A DNA stretch of 64,000 nt from Candidatus Latescibacterota bacterium (GCA_965243025.1 CBDETY010000003.1:3200001-3264000), one strand, 5' to 3'. Shown: positions 20,423 through 30,337, counted from the stretch's first letter. The notes: generated by a model from the sequence alone, not told the origin. Numbers and translations are program-made.

Positions 20423-21517
20423 TCACGCCGAGCCGGACTCGCGGGCTCCGGGTGAATCCACCGCCAACGGTTCCGGCAGCGCCACTCCGAGCTCGCCGGC
20501 GACCGCGCGTATCTGCTCCCAGGCCGACCCGTCCACCGGCACGCCGTCTCTCAGGCGCTGCTCGCGCACCCGGTGCGACTTCTCCCCCGGCAGCACCACC
20601 TCGTCGAATCCATCTGCGGGAGGGGACGACTTCACCCGCGCCGCGAACTCCCCGACCTCTTCGAGGAACCCGGCGACGGGGACGAAGGCGGCGACGTTCA
20701 GGGCGGCGATCAACAGGGCGTTTCCCGCCTCGGGGGGATCCCGGCGGGAGCAGCCGGCCCCGGACAGCGCCCCGGCCAGGATGTCGACGGCGACGGCGAG
20801 ACCGAAGCCCTTGTGGCCGGTGCCGGGAAACCCCAGCGGCAGCAGGGCCCCGCCTCCGTAGTACTTCTCGACATCGGTCGTCGGGGCTCCCTCCGCATCG
20901 ATGATGAAACCGTCGGGTACCGGCTCGCCGAGATTCCGGTAGAGGCGCATGGCCCCGCCCGAGGTCATGCTGGTGGTCATGTCGAGGAGGATCGGCCAAT
21001 CGCCCCCGGTGGGAACGGCCACGGCCAGCGGATTCGTCGGCAGGCGTCTCCCGGCGCCCCCGAACGGGGCCGTCGAGTGGTCGCTGCCGTGCCCGTTGCA
21101 GAACAGCATTCCGACCAGGTCGCCCGAGGCGGCGATCTGCGCGGCGAAGCGGCCGAGGCGGGCGACGTGGTTGCAGCGCCTGACGGTCACCGCGGCGACC
21201 GCCCCGCCGCGCGCTTTCGCCACGGCCAGCTGCGCCGCCCTGTGGGCGGTGACCGGGCCGAAGTTCCAGTTGCCGCTGACGTGGGCGATCCGGGGGGCCT
21301 CGGACAGGATCTCGAAGGGGGCGCCCGGGATCACCTTGCCGCTGCGCACGCTGTCGACGTACTGCGGGTAGCGGAGAACGCCGTGGCTGTCGTGGCCCAG
21401 CAGCCCCGACTCGACCATGTGATCGGCCACCAGCTCCGCCTCTTCCCGGGGGGCGCCCACGGCAACGAACAGGTCGCTTCCGAGCCGGCGCAGATCCCCG
21501 GCGGCGAATACCGGCAT
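20423..21517 (-). CDS. Ldh_2 family (malate/L-lactate/hydroxycarboxylate) dehydrogenase
   Basis: GHDSHGV, NHVARLG, TNPLA, LDMTTS, GHKGFGL and VVLPGE. Confidence 0.9.
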   Translation of the reverse strand: MPVFAAGDLRRLGSDLFVAVGAPREEAELVADHMVESGLLGHDSHGVLRYPQYVDSVRSGKVIPGAPFEILSEAPRIAHVSGNWNFGPVTAHRAAQLAVAKARGGAVAAVTVRRCNHVARLGRFAAQIAASGDLVGMLFCNGHGSDHSTAPFGGAGRRLPTNPLAVAVPTGGDWPILLDMTTSMTSGGAMRLYRNLGEPVPDGFIIDAEGAPTTDVEKYYGGGALLPLGFPGTGHKGFGLAVAVDILAGALSGAGCSRRDPPEAGNALLIAALNVAAFVPVAGFLEEVGEFAARVKSSPPADGFDEVVLPGEKSHRVREQRLRDGVPVDGSAWEQIRAVAGELGVALPEPLAVDSPGARESGSA

Positions 21518-21518
21518 G

Positions 21519-22781
21519 CTACAGCGACGACAGGGGGGAGCCGGAAATCACGCGGCTGCCGGCGGCCTCGCCCTCCCGCCCCTGCGCCACCACGAGGAGG
21601 GCGTTTGCCACCTCGCGCTCACCGGTCTGGTCGGAAGGTCTGTTGACGACCTGGTTGGCGACCACCATCGTCGTCGAGCCGCCGCCGTCGAGGTTCAGGG
21701 CATTGTGAGCATTGGCCCCGGAGGCGGAAAAACGCTCGATGTCGTTGGCCATGAAACCGGCGAGCTCGGCAAGGGACATGCCGACGCTGTACCCGGGCTG
21801 GCGGCCGTCGACGGTTACCAGAAAGAGGGTGCGGCCATCCTGGGAGTGGCCGACCGCGGTGCGGGGATGGCGCTCCTCCGCAAAGCCGCGCCCCAGTCTT
21901 TCCCGTTCGTACTCGATCGAGGGGTAGCCGTCCCGAACGATGCGCGGACCGCCGCCGATCGCCTCTTCGAGGCGGCTGACAGCGGGAGGCAGCAGGCAGA
22001 ACAGCCCCACGGTGTCCCCCGCGGCGATCTCTTCCGGCATGCCGGTCGAACCGGCGACCACCCACTGGCCGTCGTCGACCTTCAGCGGCCACGCCCGGCG
22101 TCTCACCTGCATCACCCGGGCCCTTACGGTGTCGTTGATGACCGAGCGCTCCCCCAGGCTCTCCAGCTCGAACCCGACGTCGGCGTGCACCGAGTCGATC
22201 CGGGCGGCGGCGAAGCGGTTGAAGCAGGAGAACTTCCCCTCGGCAGGGGAGCGGTTGAACAGCGAAATCGGCAGCAGCTTGCCCGAGGGGGTGATCATCC
22301 CGGCGCGGATGTCGAACACAGCCACCATCGGCACCCCTTCCGAGGATATGGCGAACGCCGATTGCCCGCGGGGCGCCGAGACCAGCGCGCCGCGGCTGAT
22401 CTGCAGGCCGCTGGGGCTGCGGTCGAAGAAGAAGCCGCCGTTGATGGCGGCGATGGCGTCCCCGGCCATGCTGCTGGTTCGCGCCAGCCGCGCCTCGCCG
22501 GCGACCGGCCGCGCCGTGCGCAGGCGAATGCCGGCTTCCCACGCCTTGCTCAGGTCGAGCTCGATGACGTTGATCGACCACGGACCGTCGGTCAGGTGGA
22601 GGGCGTGATGGTAGACCCCGGCCGCCAGCTCCCTGGTCTTTTCGGCGAGGGGCTGGGACTGGCAGGCGGCAAGACCCAGAATCCCGGACAGGAGCGCCGC
22701 GCGCGCCCCCAGGGACGGCCCTGCGGGACCTGTGGAGGGGGGCTCCGGTTCCGTGTGCTCGGGGGGGGAAAGTGTGGGCAC
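21519..22781 (-). CDS. Phosphodiester glycosidase (NAGPA-like) family lipoprotein; start uncertain
   Basis: Lipobox LGLAAC; AAINGGFF, RHPRTAVG, VTVDGRQ, ALNLDGGGST and REVANAL. GTG 22781 was chosen over the ORF-track start. Confidence 0.8.
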   Translation of the reverse strand: MPTLSPPEHTEPEPPSTGPAGPSLGARAALLSGILGLAACQSQPLAEKTRELAAGVYHHALHLTDGPWSINVIELDLSKAWEAGIRLRTARPVAGEARLARTSSMAGDAIAAINGGFFFDRSPSGLQISRGALVSAPRGQSAFAISSEGVPMVAVFDIRAGMITPSGKLLPISLFNRSPAEGKFSCFNRFAAARIDSVHADVGFELESLGERSVINDTVRARVMQVRRRAWPLKVDDGQWVVAGSTGMPEEIAAGDTVGLFCLLPPAVSRLEEAIGGGPRIVRDGYPSIEYERERLGRGFAEERHPRTAVGHSQDGRTLFLVTVDGRQPGYSVGMSLAELAGFMANDIERFSASGANAHNALNLDGGGSTTMVVANQVVNRPSDQTGEREVANALLVVAQGREGEAAGSRVISGSPLSSL

Positions 22782-22820
22782 GGTGGAAGCTCGAACAGCG
22801 GAAAGGGCCTTCAAGATAGA

Positions 22821-22985
22821 GGGGCTCCCGGCAGCGGTCAAGCTGTGGGCAGGGCTTGAGTTAGGGCTCCTCAGGGCAGCGGCGGCAGGCGCCGTACGCG
22901 GGTTTTTCCGAGCCGTCGCCAGGGCCGCTGAACAGACCCCTGAGTGACGGTTTCGCCGGCAGGCTTCGGTCGGGCCGGAGATCCC
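22821..22985 (+). ncRNA. Candidate 6S-like rod-shaped structured RNA
   Basis: The ends pair (GGGGCUCCCGGC 22821-32 with GCCGGAGAUCCC 22974-85), followed by a large central bubble. Inner stems are CUCAGGG/CCCUGAG, CAGCGGC/GCCGCUG and GGCG/CGCC, ending in a UUUU loop. G-U wobbles favour the + strand; 165 nt; intergenic. Confidence 0.5.
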
Positions 22986-23091
22986 GGGGCCGATCCTGCG
23001 ACGGCACCGGCCGGCCGCCGCGATCCGGTCTGCGTTGCGCATGGATGACCCGCCGGGTGCTTGCCATGATTCCGCTGCGTTCCGCCGCTGC

Positions 23092-24411
23092 TCAGCCCCG
23101 GTTCGTATCCGACTGCCCGCGCTGGCATCGGGTTTCCGCCGCAGCCGAAGAGGCGGGACCCCCGGAAGAGCGCACCGCCCCGAGCACCGGCGCCGCCGCG
23201 GCGCTGACCACGGCGCCGAAACCCATCCGCTGCCGGATCTCGGTGATCGCCCGCCCGAGCCGGCGCTGCCTGCGCTCGGCCTCCTCCTCGAACAGGTCGA
23301 GCTGTCCCGAATCCCTGCCCGGCCGGATCGCCGAGACCTGGATCGACCGGATCGCCGCGCGGCGCTGGTGCAGACCGGTGAAGAGCGCCACCGCGGCCGC
23401 GGCGACGGCGGCGAAGTCGTCGCTGGCCGCCGGCAGGACGCGCGAGCGCTGCGCGGTGCGGTTGTCGGTGTAGCGCAGCCGCAGCGTCAGCCGCGAGGCG
23501 ACGTACCCGGCCCGGCGCAGCTTGTCGACGAGCTTGTCCGCGGTCAGGCGCACTGCCTGGACGAGCGTGAACTCGTCGTTGACGTCGCGCTCGAGGATGG
23601 TCTCGGCGGCGACGGCGCGGCCGCCGCGCCGTCCCGGAGCGCCGTCGATGCCGCGCACCAGTCCGTACAGCTGCTCCCCGGCGGCCCCCCCGAAGCGCCT
23701 GTGCAGCGCCGGGCGCTCGAGCGCGAGAACCTGCGCGGCCTGGTGCAGGCCGTAGCGGCGGGCGGTCTCGCGCACTCCGGCGGGAAGCGGCAGCTCGTCC
23801 AGCTCGAGGTTGGCGAGCAGTTCCGCCTCCCGGTCCGGGGCGCAGACCTCGACCCCGTCCGGCCTGGCGCGCTCGGCCAGCAGCCCGGCCAGCAGGCGGC
23901 TGCGGCTGACCGCGGCGGCGATCTCCTGCAGCCCGGTGCGCCGCCGCAGGTGGCGGGCGAGCCGCTCCCCCAGTCCGGCCCGGTCGAGATCGCCCCGGTC
24001 GAGGGCGCGCTGCGCCGGGGTTCCGGAGAGGGCGAGCGTGCCGCGGGCCGGCTCGTCCAGCCGGTAGTCCGGGGTCCAGGCGGCCAGGGCGTCGAGAAGC
24101 CGCTCGAGCACGCGCTGCTCCGCTTCCTCGTCCCGCTCGACGACCAGCGCGCGCCGTCCCAGCCGGCGGCGCAGGACGAACACCGGCTCCCCCGGGGCGA
24201 CCCCGAGCTCGCGGGCCGCCGGAGAGCGGGCGAACACCGAGGCGCGGTGGCTCTCCTGGTTCTGGCGCACGACGACGAACGCCTTGCCGAGCAGCTCGCG
24301 GCGCACCGCGGCGACCGCCTGGGCGGCGAACTGGTCCGCGGCGACGGCCGCGAACAACGGCTCGGGGCGGGGCCGGGCGGCCCGTCGGGAGGCCGATCCA
24401 TCCCGGCTCAC
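23092..24411 (-). CDS. Catalytically inactive Y-family polymerase homologue (ImuB/DinB-like)
   Basis: Y-family layout (SPAARELGVAPG, little-finger LTLRLRYTD) and clamp motif QLDLF. The catalytic D-x-D and SIDE motifs are degenerate (AAVAADQF; DEPARG). Confidence 0.78.
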   Translation of the reverse strand: MSRDGSASRRAARPRPEPLFAAVAADQFAAQAVAAVRRELLGKAFVVVRQNQESHRASVFARSPAARELGVAPGEPVFVLRRRLGRRALVVERDEEAEQRVLERLLDALAAWTPDYRLDEPARGTLALSGTPAQRALDRGDLDRAGLGERLARHLRRRTGLQEIAAAVSRSRLLAGLLAERARPDGVEVCAPDREAELLANLELDELPLPAGVRETARRYGLHQAAQVLALERPALHRRFGGAAGEQLYGLVRGIDGAPGRRGGRAVAAETILERDVNDEFTLVQAVRLTADKLVDKLRRAGYVASRLTLRLRYTDNRTAQRSRVLPAASDDFAAVAAAAVALFTGLHQRRAAIRSIQVSAIRPGRDSGQLDLFEEEAERRQRRLGRAITEIRQRMGFGAVVSAAAAPVLGAVRSSGGPASSAAAETRCQRGQSDTNRG

Positions 24412-24459
24412 GGCGTTGCCTTCACTCGCCGTACACCCCCGGTACGACTCGCGCAGGCA

Positions 24460-27400
24460 CTAGGCGGCCGCCGTTTCCACGTCCCCATACCTGCGCACCC
24501 CTTCCACCGACGCGGCCAGCTTCCGCGACGCCAGCTCGAAATCGACCTCGTTCGGCGACCAGGCGACCGCCCTGATCGAGTCCGCCTCGACCGTGAACGT
24601 GCCCCAGTCCTCGGTGACCCGGCCGCGGACCTCGAACGGACCCGGACCGGCGACGACGTCGGCGCAGCGCTCGAAGACATCGGGCCAGAGCACGACGTCG
24701 GCGCTCTCCGACTTGTCCTCGATGGTCAGGAACATCATCGCCTCGCCGCTGCGCTGAACCCGGTGGACGCGGTCGGTGACGCGGCGCCCGAACAGCCTGA
24801 TCCGGCGGCCGGCGCAGCGCCCGATGTCGGCCGCCGGCACCGCCCCGGCGGCCGCCGGGTGCATGTCGAGGATCTCGAGGATCTCCCCCGAGATCATGTA
24901 GCCGAGCAGCTCGAGCTCGTTGAGGCACTTCTCGGCGAGGCTGTAGTCGCGCAGCCCCTCAGGCACCGGGGGGCGCAGGGCGAGGCCGTCGATGAGCGGC
25001 GCCGCGGACGCAGCGCCGCCCCGCGCCGCGGCGGCGACGTCGTCGAGCTGCCACAGCAGCTCGGGCTGGGTGGGGCCGAAGCCGTCGAGCGCCCCGACGA
25101 GGACCAGGCGCTCGATCTCCTTTTTGTGCAGGCCGGGGACGCGGTGGGCGAGGTCCGGCAGATCGCGGAAGCGGCCGCCGGCCCGCCGCTCGGCGACCAG
25201 CGCCTCGAGCGCCTTCTCCCGCACCCCGCGCAGGTGCATCATCCCGGGCCGCATCAGGGCGCCGCGGCCCCGGTACCTGACGCCGGACTCGTTGACGTCC
25301 ATCGGCAGGACGCGGACGCCCCAGCGCCGCGCCTCGTTGAGGTAGACGTCGCGGTGGTAGAAGCCGTGACCGTTGCTGATCACCGCGGCGAGGAACTGCG
25401 CCGGGAAATGGGCCTTGAGGTAGGCGCACTGGAACGACAGCTGCGCGTACGTGGCGCTGTGCGACTTGCAGAAGCTGAACCCCGTGAACGAGCTGACGCG
25501 TTTCCACAGCTCGCGCGCCTGCTCCCCGGAGAGCCCGGAGTGGTCCCGGCAGCCCTGCAGGAAGGCGCGCTCCGTGTCCCTCCAGGCGCCGCTGTCGGGC
25601 GCTCCCTCGTGCTGGCTGTTCATCATCTTGCGGATCATGTCCGCCTGCTTGAAGGAGAGACCGGCGACCTGGTGGCAGATCTTGGTGACGTCTTCCTGGA
25701 AGGCGCAGACGTCGTGCGTCTCCCGCAGGATCGGCTCCAGCGCCGGGTGCACGAACTCCCAGTCCCTGATCCCCGTCTTGCGCTTGCGCTCGCGCTCGAC
25801 GTAGAGCTGCGTGTACGCCGAGCCGGCCGGGCGCACGAGGCTGGAGGTGACTGTGATCTCCTCGAAGGTCTCGGCCTGCGCCTTCTGGTTGAGGCGCCGC
25901 TGCGCCGGGCTCTCGATGTAGAAGATCCCCTTGGTGCGGCCCCTGCGGACGATCTCCCTGACCCGCGGGTCGGCGCAGCACTTCTCGAGGTCCCAGACCC
26001 CGGGGTCGGCGATCCCCTGCTCGTCGAGCTGGGCCAGCGCGTCGCGCAGCACCGACAGCGAGCCGTTGCCGAGGATGTCGAACTTGATCAGCCCGAGCTC
26101 GTCGATGCCGTTGTGCATGTCGATCTGGGTGACGGCGCGGTTCTTCGCCCCCCCCGAGGGCTCGCAGGCGACGTGGCGGCTGATCGGACCGTTGGCGATC
26201 AGCACCCCGCCGGGATGCTGCCCCATGTAGCGCGGTTTCCCCTCGAGGCGCCGCGCCAGCCTCCACAGCATCGCGATCTCGCCGTCCTCGATGCGCTGCG
26301 TCCGCGTCTTGCGGCTCTCGAGAATGGCGGTGACCTGGCCGTCGGTGTAGCCGAACACCTTGGCCGTCTCGCGGAAGGCGGCGCGGGCGCGGAAGTGGAT
26401 GGTCGTGCCGGTGACGGCGACGCGCTCCGCTCCCCAGCGGTCGACCATGAAATCGTACACCAGCTCGCGCTCGTCCCAGCCGAAGTCGAGGTCGGCGTCG
26501 GGAGGCGAGGCCCGGTCCTCGTTGAGGAAGCGCTGGAAGTAGAGGTCGTAGCGGATCGGGTCGAGGTCGCTGACCCCGATGTTGTAGAAGGTGATCGAGT
26601 TGGCGGCGCTGCCGCGCAGGATGGTGCAGTCCGCGGGCCGGCGGTAGCCGCCGCGGAAGCGCTCGTTGGCCCAGTCGCGGATCTCCTTGACGATCAGGAA
26701 GTAGGAGGCGTACCCGAGCCTGGAGATCACCTCGAGCTCCATCGCCTGCAGCTGCCGCGCCCTTTCGCGGAGCGCCGCGGACCGGCCGCCGTAGTTGGCC
26801 TCGAGGCCGGCGGCGGCGAGCTCGGCCAGGCGGCTTTCCGGGGTGTGGCCGGGAGGCACCGAGGCGCGCGGCATGATCCACTGGTCGAGCTCGAGCTCGA
26901 CGTCGCAGGCGGCGGCGATCTCGCCGGTGTTGGCCAGGGCCTCGGGGCAGTCGGCGAACAGCTCCTCCATGCGCGCCGGCGAGGCGAGCACCGCGGCGCG
27001 CGGGGCCGCCTCTCCGGGGCGGAGCCGCGAGAGGGTCGAGTTGAGGCCGACCGCGGTGAGAACGCGGTGGACCTGCCAGTCGCCGGGGTCGAGGAAGAAG
27101 CTGTCGTTCGACGCCGCCAGCGGCAGGCCCAGGGAGCCGGCGGCGGCGGCGAGCGCGGCGCTGCGCGCCCTCGTGAAGGCCGAGTTGCGGACCAGCTCTC
27201 CGAAGAGGCGGCCGCGGTTGGGCCCCGCCGCCAGAAGCTGCAGCAGTCCGGGGTCGGCAGTCAGCAGGAACAGGTTCGGCCACTCGCGCGCGAAGGCGCG
27301 GGCGAAGCTGAAGTCCGCGGCGGCGAGGTGGCGGTCGGTGACGATCCGGCAGAGGTCGCCGTACCCTTCCGCGTTCCGGGCCAGCAGCAGGACCTTGGGG

Positions 27401-27708
27401 CACTGCGTCCTGCCGGCGGCGCCGCGCGCCCGGTGCGGCGGGACCGGAAGGCCGGAGGCCCCGCCGCGGCGGCGAACCGGCTCCCGCTCACCGGGGTCCG
27501 GCTCGGTCAGCTCGACCCCGAGCAGCGGCCTGATTCCCGCCTTCCGGCACTCGAGGTAGTGCAGGATCAGGCCGCTCATGCGGTCGGTGTCGGTGAGCGC
27601 CACGGCCGGCAGTCCCAGATCGCCGGCTCTCTCCACGATTTCCCCGACGGCGGGAACGCCGGCGTGGAAGGAGAACATCGAGTGACAATGAAGGGGAGCG
27701 TAGGTCAC
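24460..27708 (-). CDS. dnaE2: DNA polymerase III alpha subunit, error-prone DnaE2 type
   Basis: PHP HCHSMFSF, RGSAANS, PPDADLDF, QHPGGV, LIKFDILG, FYIESP, FSFCKSHSATYA and C-terminal OB fold; adjacent to the ImuB-like gene. Confidence 0.88.
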   Translation of the reverse strand: MTYAPLHCHSMFSFHAGVPAVGEIVERAGDLGLPAVALTDTDRMSGLILHYLECRKAGIRPLLGVELTEPDPGEREPVRRRGGASGLPVPPHRARGAAGRTQCPKVLLLARNAEGYGDLCRIVTDRHLAAADFSFARAFAREWPNLFLLTADPGLLQLLAAGPNRGRLFGELVRNSAFTRARSAALAAAAGSLGLPLAASNDSFFLDPGDWQVHRVLTAVGLNSTLSRLRPGEAAPRAAVLASPARMEELFADCPEALANTGEIAAACDVELELDQWIMPRASVPPGHTPESRLAELAAAGLEANYGGRSAALRERARQLQAMELEVISRLGYASYFLIVKEIRDWANERFRGGYRRPADCTILRGSAANSITFYNIGVSDLDPIRYDLYFQRFLNEDRASPPDADLDFGWDERELVYDFMVDRWGAERVAVTGTTIHFRARAAFRETAKVFGYTDGQVTAILESRKTRTQRIEDGEIAMLWRLARRLEGKPRYMGQHPGGVLIANGPISRHVACEPSGGAKNRAVTQIDMHNGIDELGLIKFDILGNGSLSVLRDALAQLDEQGIADPGVWDLEKCCADPRVREIVRRGRTKGIFYIESPAQRRLNQKAQAETFEEITVTSSLVRPAGSAYTQLYVERERKRKTGIRDWEFVHPALEPILRETHDVCAFQEDVTKICHQVAGLSFKQADMIRKMMNSQHEGAPDSGAWRDTERAFLQGCRDHSGLSGEQARELWKRVSSFTGFSFCKSHSATYAQLSFQCAYLKAHFPAQFLAAVISNGHGFYHRDVYLNEARRWGVRVLPMDVNESGVRYRGRGALMRPGMMHLRGVREKALEALVAERRAGGRFRDLPDLAHRVPGLHKKEIERLVLVGALDGFGPTQPELLWQLDDVAAAARGGAASAAPLIDGLALRPPVPEGLRDYSLAEKCLNELELLGYMISGEILEILDMHPAAAGAVPAADIGRCAGRRIRLFGRRVTDRVHRVQRSGEAMMFLTIEDKSESADVVLWPDVFERCADVVAGPGPFEVRGRVTEDWGTFTVEADSIRAVAWSPNEVDFELASRKLAASVEGVRRYGDVETAAA

Positions 27709-27767
27709 TTGAGTCGGACGGACGGGAAGAGGGGAGACCGGCCGGTGACGGTCGATTGACGAAATAG

Positions 27768-27805
27768 CTGCACATATGTTTAGTATCGAGATGAGGCCGT
27801 GTCAA
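27768..27805 (-). promoter_or_regulatory. Candidate SOS (LexA) operator overlapping the dnaE2 promoter
   Basis: AT-rich imperfect palindrome CTAAACATATGTGCAG (GAAC-N4-GTTC-like) 60 nt upstream of dnaE2, downstream of a perfect TTGACA at 27805-27800. Confidence 0.45.
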
Positions 27806-27913
27806 ACGGAAAAAACGGCCCGCCGCGCCGGTTTTTGACGGATCGCCGCGGAGATTCGCAAACTGAAGAGGAAGCACGAACTCGGATACACCATTCAATC
27901 TTCAGATCCGCTC

Positions 27914-29119
27914 ATGATCCTTCCGCCTCCTCTTCTACTGGCCGCCGCTCTCGCCGCCGCAGTCGCGGGGTGCAGCCACACCGCCCCCTACTACCGGGCG
28001 GACGTCGCCAGCGGGGCCGCCGGCCAGGCCCTGCCCGCCGAAGACCTCGCTTTCCGCGTGATCCTGATCGGCGACGCCGGCGCCCCGGGTCCCGGGGAAC
28101 CGGTGCTGGCGACCCTGAAGGCGTGGGGGCGCAGGGACCCGGACCGCACCCTGGTCGCCTTCCTGGGGGACAACGTCTACGAGGACGGCTTCACGGGGGC
28201 GGACCGCCGCGACGAGGAGCGCCGCCTCGAGCGCCAGCTGGAGACCCTCGAGGGGTCGCCCGGGCCGCGGGGGCTGTTCATCCCGGGAAACCACGACTGG
28301 GCCGGAGGCTCGGAAGCGGGGCTGGCGGCGCTGAAGGCGCAGCAGGATTACGTCGAGCGCCGCCTGCCGCCGGGGAGCTTCCTGCCCCGGGACGGCCGTC
28401 CGGGGCCGGTGAAGATCGACCTGCCCGACTCCGCCGGCGCCGTGCTGCGGCTCGTCGCCGTCGACTCGCAGTGGTGGCTGCACGAGGGGCGGAAGCCGGA
28501 CGCCGACCGGGACCGGATCGTCGCCGGGCTCGTGCGCTGCCTGACGACGGACCTGCCGGTGGTCGTGCTCGCCCACCACCCGCTGGAGTCCGCCGGCAAC
28601 CACGGCGGGTTCTTCGACTGGCGCGACTTCCTGTTTCCGGTGACCCGGGCAACCGATGCCCCGTGGGCCTGGCTGATCCCGGCGCCCATGCTCTATCCCC
28701 TGGGGCGGAGGTTCACGCCGCTGGGGACCGGGCAGGACATCACCGCGCCGGCCTACCAGCAGATGAAGGAGGACCTCCGGGGCGCCTCGCGGGCGCGGGA
28801 CGCCGGGGGCAGGCTGCTCAAACCGCTCGCCTACGCCGCGGGGCACGACCACAACCTGCAGGTGATGGAGGGAGGGGAGTTCGCCGACTACCTCCTGATC
28901 AGCGGCGCCGGGTCGGCGGTGAAGATGCGCCCCGTCGGAGACCGGCCGCGGACGCTGTTCGCCCACGAGCACCCCGGCTTCATCCTCCTCGACGTGCTGG
29001 CCGACGGGTCGGTCTGGCTGCGGGTGGTCGAGCCCGCATTCGACGAGGCGGGGCAGCAACTCGACCCCGGGAGCGAGCCGGTGACGTTCACCCTGAGGCT
29101 CCGCGCCGGGGACCGGTAG
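27914..29119 (+). CDS. Calcineurin-like metallophosphoesterase lipoprotein
   Basis: Lipobox AVAGC; LIGDAG, FLGDNVY, PGNHDW, HHP and AGHDH. Confidence 0.87.
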   Translation: MILPPPLLLAAALAAAVAGCSHTAPYYRADVASGAAGQALPAEDLAFRVILIGDAGAPGPGEPVLATLKAWGRRDPDRTLVAFLGDNVYEDGFTGADRRDEERRLERQLETLEGSPGPRGLFIPGNHDWAGGSEAGLAALKAQQDYVERRLPPGSFLPRDGRPGPVKIDLPDSAGAVLRLVAVDSQWWLHEGRKPDADRDRIVAGLVRCLTTDLPVVVLAHHPLESAGNHGGFFDWRDFLFPVTRATDAPWAWLIPAPMLYPLGRRFTPLGTGQDITAPAYQQMKEDLRGASRARDAGGRLLKPLAYAAGHDHNLQVMEGGEFADYLLISGAGSAVKMRPVGDRPRTLFAHEHPGFILLDVLADGSVWLRVVEPAFDEAGQQLDPGSEPVTFTLRLRAGDR

Positions 29120-29329
29120 CCCCCGGCGACCACTGCCGGGCGCGGGGGCGCGGGGGACCGGCAGCCCTTTGCGAAAAAACCGGGGCGCCGGGACAGGCCG
29201 AAAAGCAACAGCCCGGTCGGTCCCGGCCGCGGCAGATTCGCAGACCCCACACAGGCGGTCGGGTTGACGCCGTCCGGAGGGGGGCTTCAGGCCGGGGCCA
29301 GCCGCGGAATCCGCGTCAATCCGGCCGGC

Positions 29330-30337
29330 TCAGACAGGCTCTTCCGCCGACTTCATCCAGGCCTTGATGCGCTCGTGCCCGAGCACCCCGGTGTTGAGCA
29401 GGTGCCGCGGCCGCCTGCCGGCGATGGCGTCTGTTATCTGCGAGAAGGTCATGGAGTCGAGACGCCCCACCGATTCGACGGTGATGCCGCCGTTGTGGTT
29501 GGTGCAGATGATGCGCGGGTGATCCTTGTGGCGCTCGCGCGGGCCGTTTACGGGGTCGTCCACCACGTAGTAGAACAGCTTCTCCTCGCTGACCGCCCGG
29601 TTCACGGCCTCGTCGTCGACGAGGTTCCCCCGCGACGGGTTGATGAGCGAGGCGTGGGGCTGCATCGCGCAGAGCAGGTCCCAGGTGACGATGCAGTCGT
29701 CGCCGGCGACGTGGAGGGACACGGTGTCGCACTCCTCGAACAGCCGCCGCGGTTCCTCCACCGCCTCGGCGCCGAACCGGGCGGCGAGGTCGCCGATGTC
29801 CGGACGGATGTCGTACACCAGCAGCCTCCCGGTGTCGCCGAGCAGCGGCCTGGCGCGCATGGCTACCTGCTGCCCGATGCGGCCGAACCCGTAGAGCCCG
29901 AGAGTCGATCCCTGCGCCTCGAAGGTCCGGATGATCGAGAAGTCGCCGCCGTGAGACAGTTGGTTCAGGGTGTAGGTGCGCTTGAGGGTCGCCATCCACT
30001 GGGCGATCGTGTACTCTGCCACGGTATCCATGTGGACCGGAGTGACAGTGACGGCGACCCCGAGTTCGGTGGCGATGTCTATCTGAACCTTGTCGAAGCC
30101 GACCCCCCAGCGCGCGATCAGGCGCAGGTCCTCCCCCTGCTCGTAGAACTCCCGGTGCACGAGGGCGGAGTTGGCGATTACGCCGATCACGCCGTCCACC
30201 TTGTCGGCGGTGAGATCGCCGTCGTAGTCTTCGAGCTCGGCGATGCCGGCGAGTCGTTCCAGACCCTGGCGGCGGGTATCGGATGCGAACGCGTCGTTCC
30301 TGAAAATGGTGCTCAACAGCACTTTCTTCTTCGCCAT
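29330..30337 (-). CDS. D-isomer-specific 2-hydroxyacid dehydrogenase family protein (atypical active site)
   Basis: RWGVGFD, VAEY, GLYGFGRIG, VSLHV, INPSRG and TNHNGG. Confidence 0.85.
   Translation of the reverse strand: MAKKKVLLSTIFRNDAFASDTRRQGLERLAGIAELEDYDGDLTADKVDGVIGVIANSALVHREFYEQGEDLRLIARWGVGFDKVQIDIATELGVAVTVTPVHMDTVAEYTIAQWMATLKRTYTLNQLSHGGDFSIIRTFEAQGSTLGLYGFGRIGQQVAMRARPLLGDTGRLLVYDIRPDIGDLAARFGAEAVEEPRRLFEECDTVSLHVAGDDCIVTWDLLCAMQPHASLINPSRGNLVDDEAVNRAVSEEKLFYYVVDDPVNGPRERHKDHPRIICTNHNGGITVESVGRLDSMTFSQITDAIAGRRPRHLLNTGVLGHERIKAWMKSAEEPV

Noticed and set aside
23035-27759. 1574-aa plus-strand ORF
   Set aside because: Antisense shadow of dnaE2 and the imuB-like gene.
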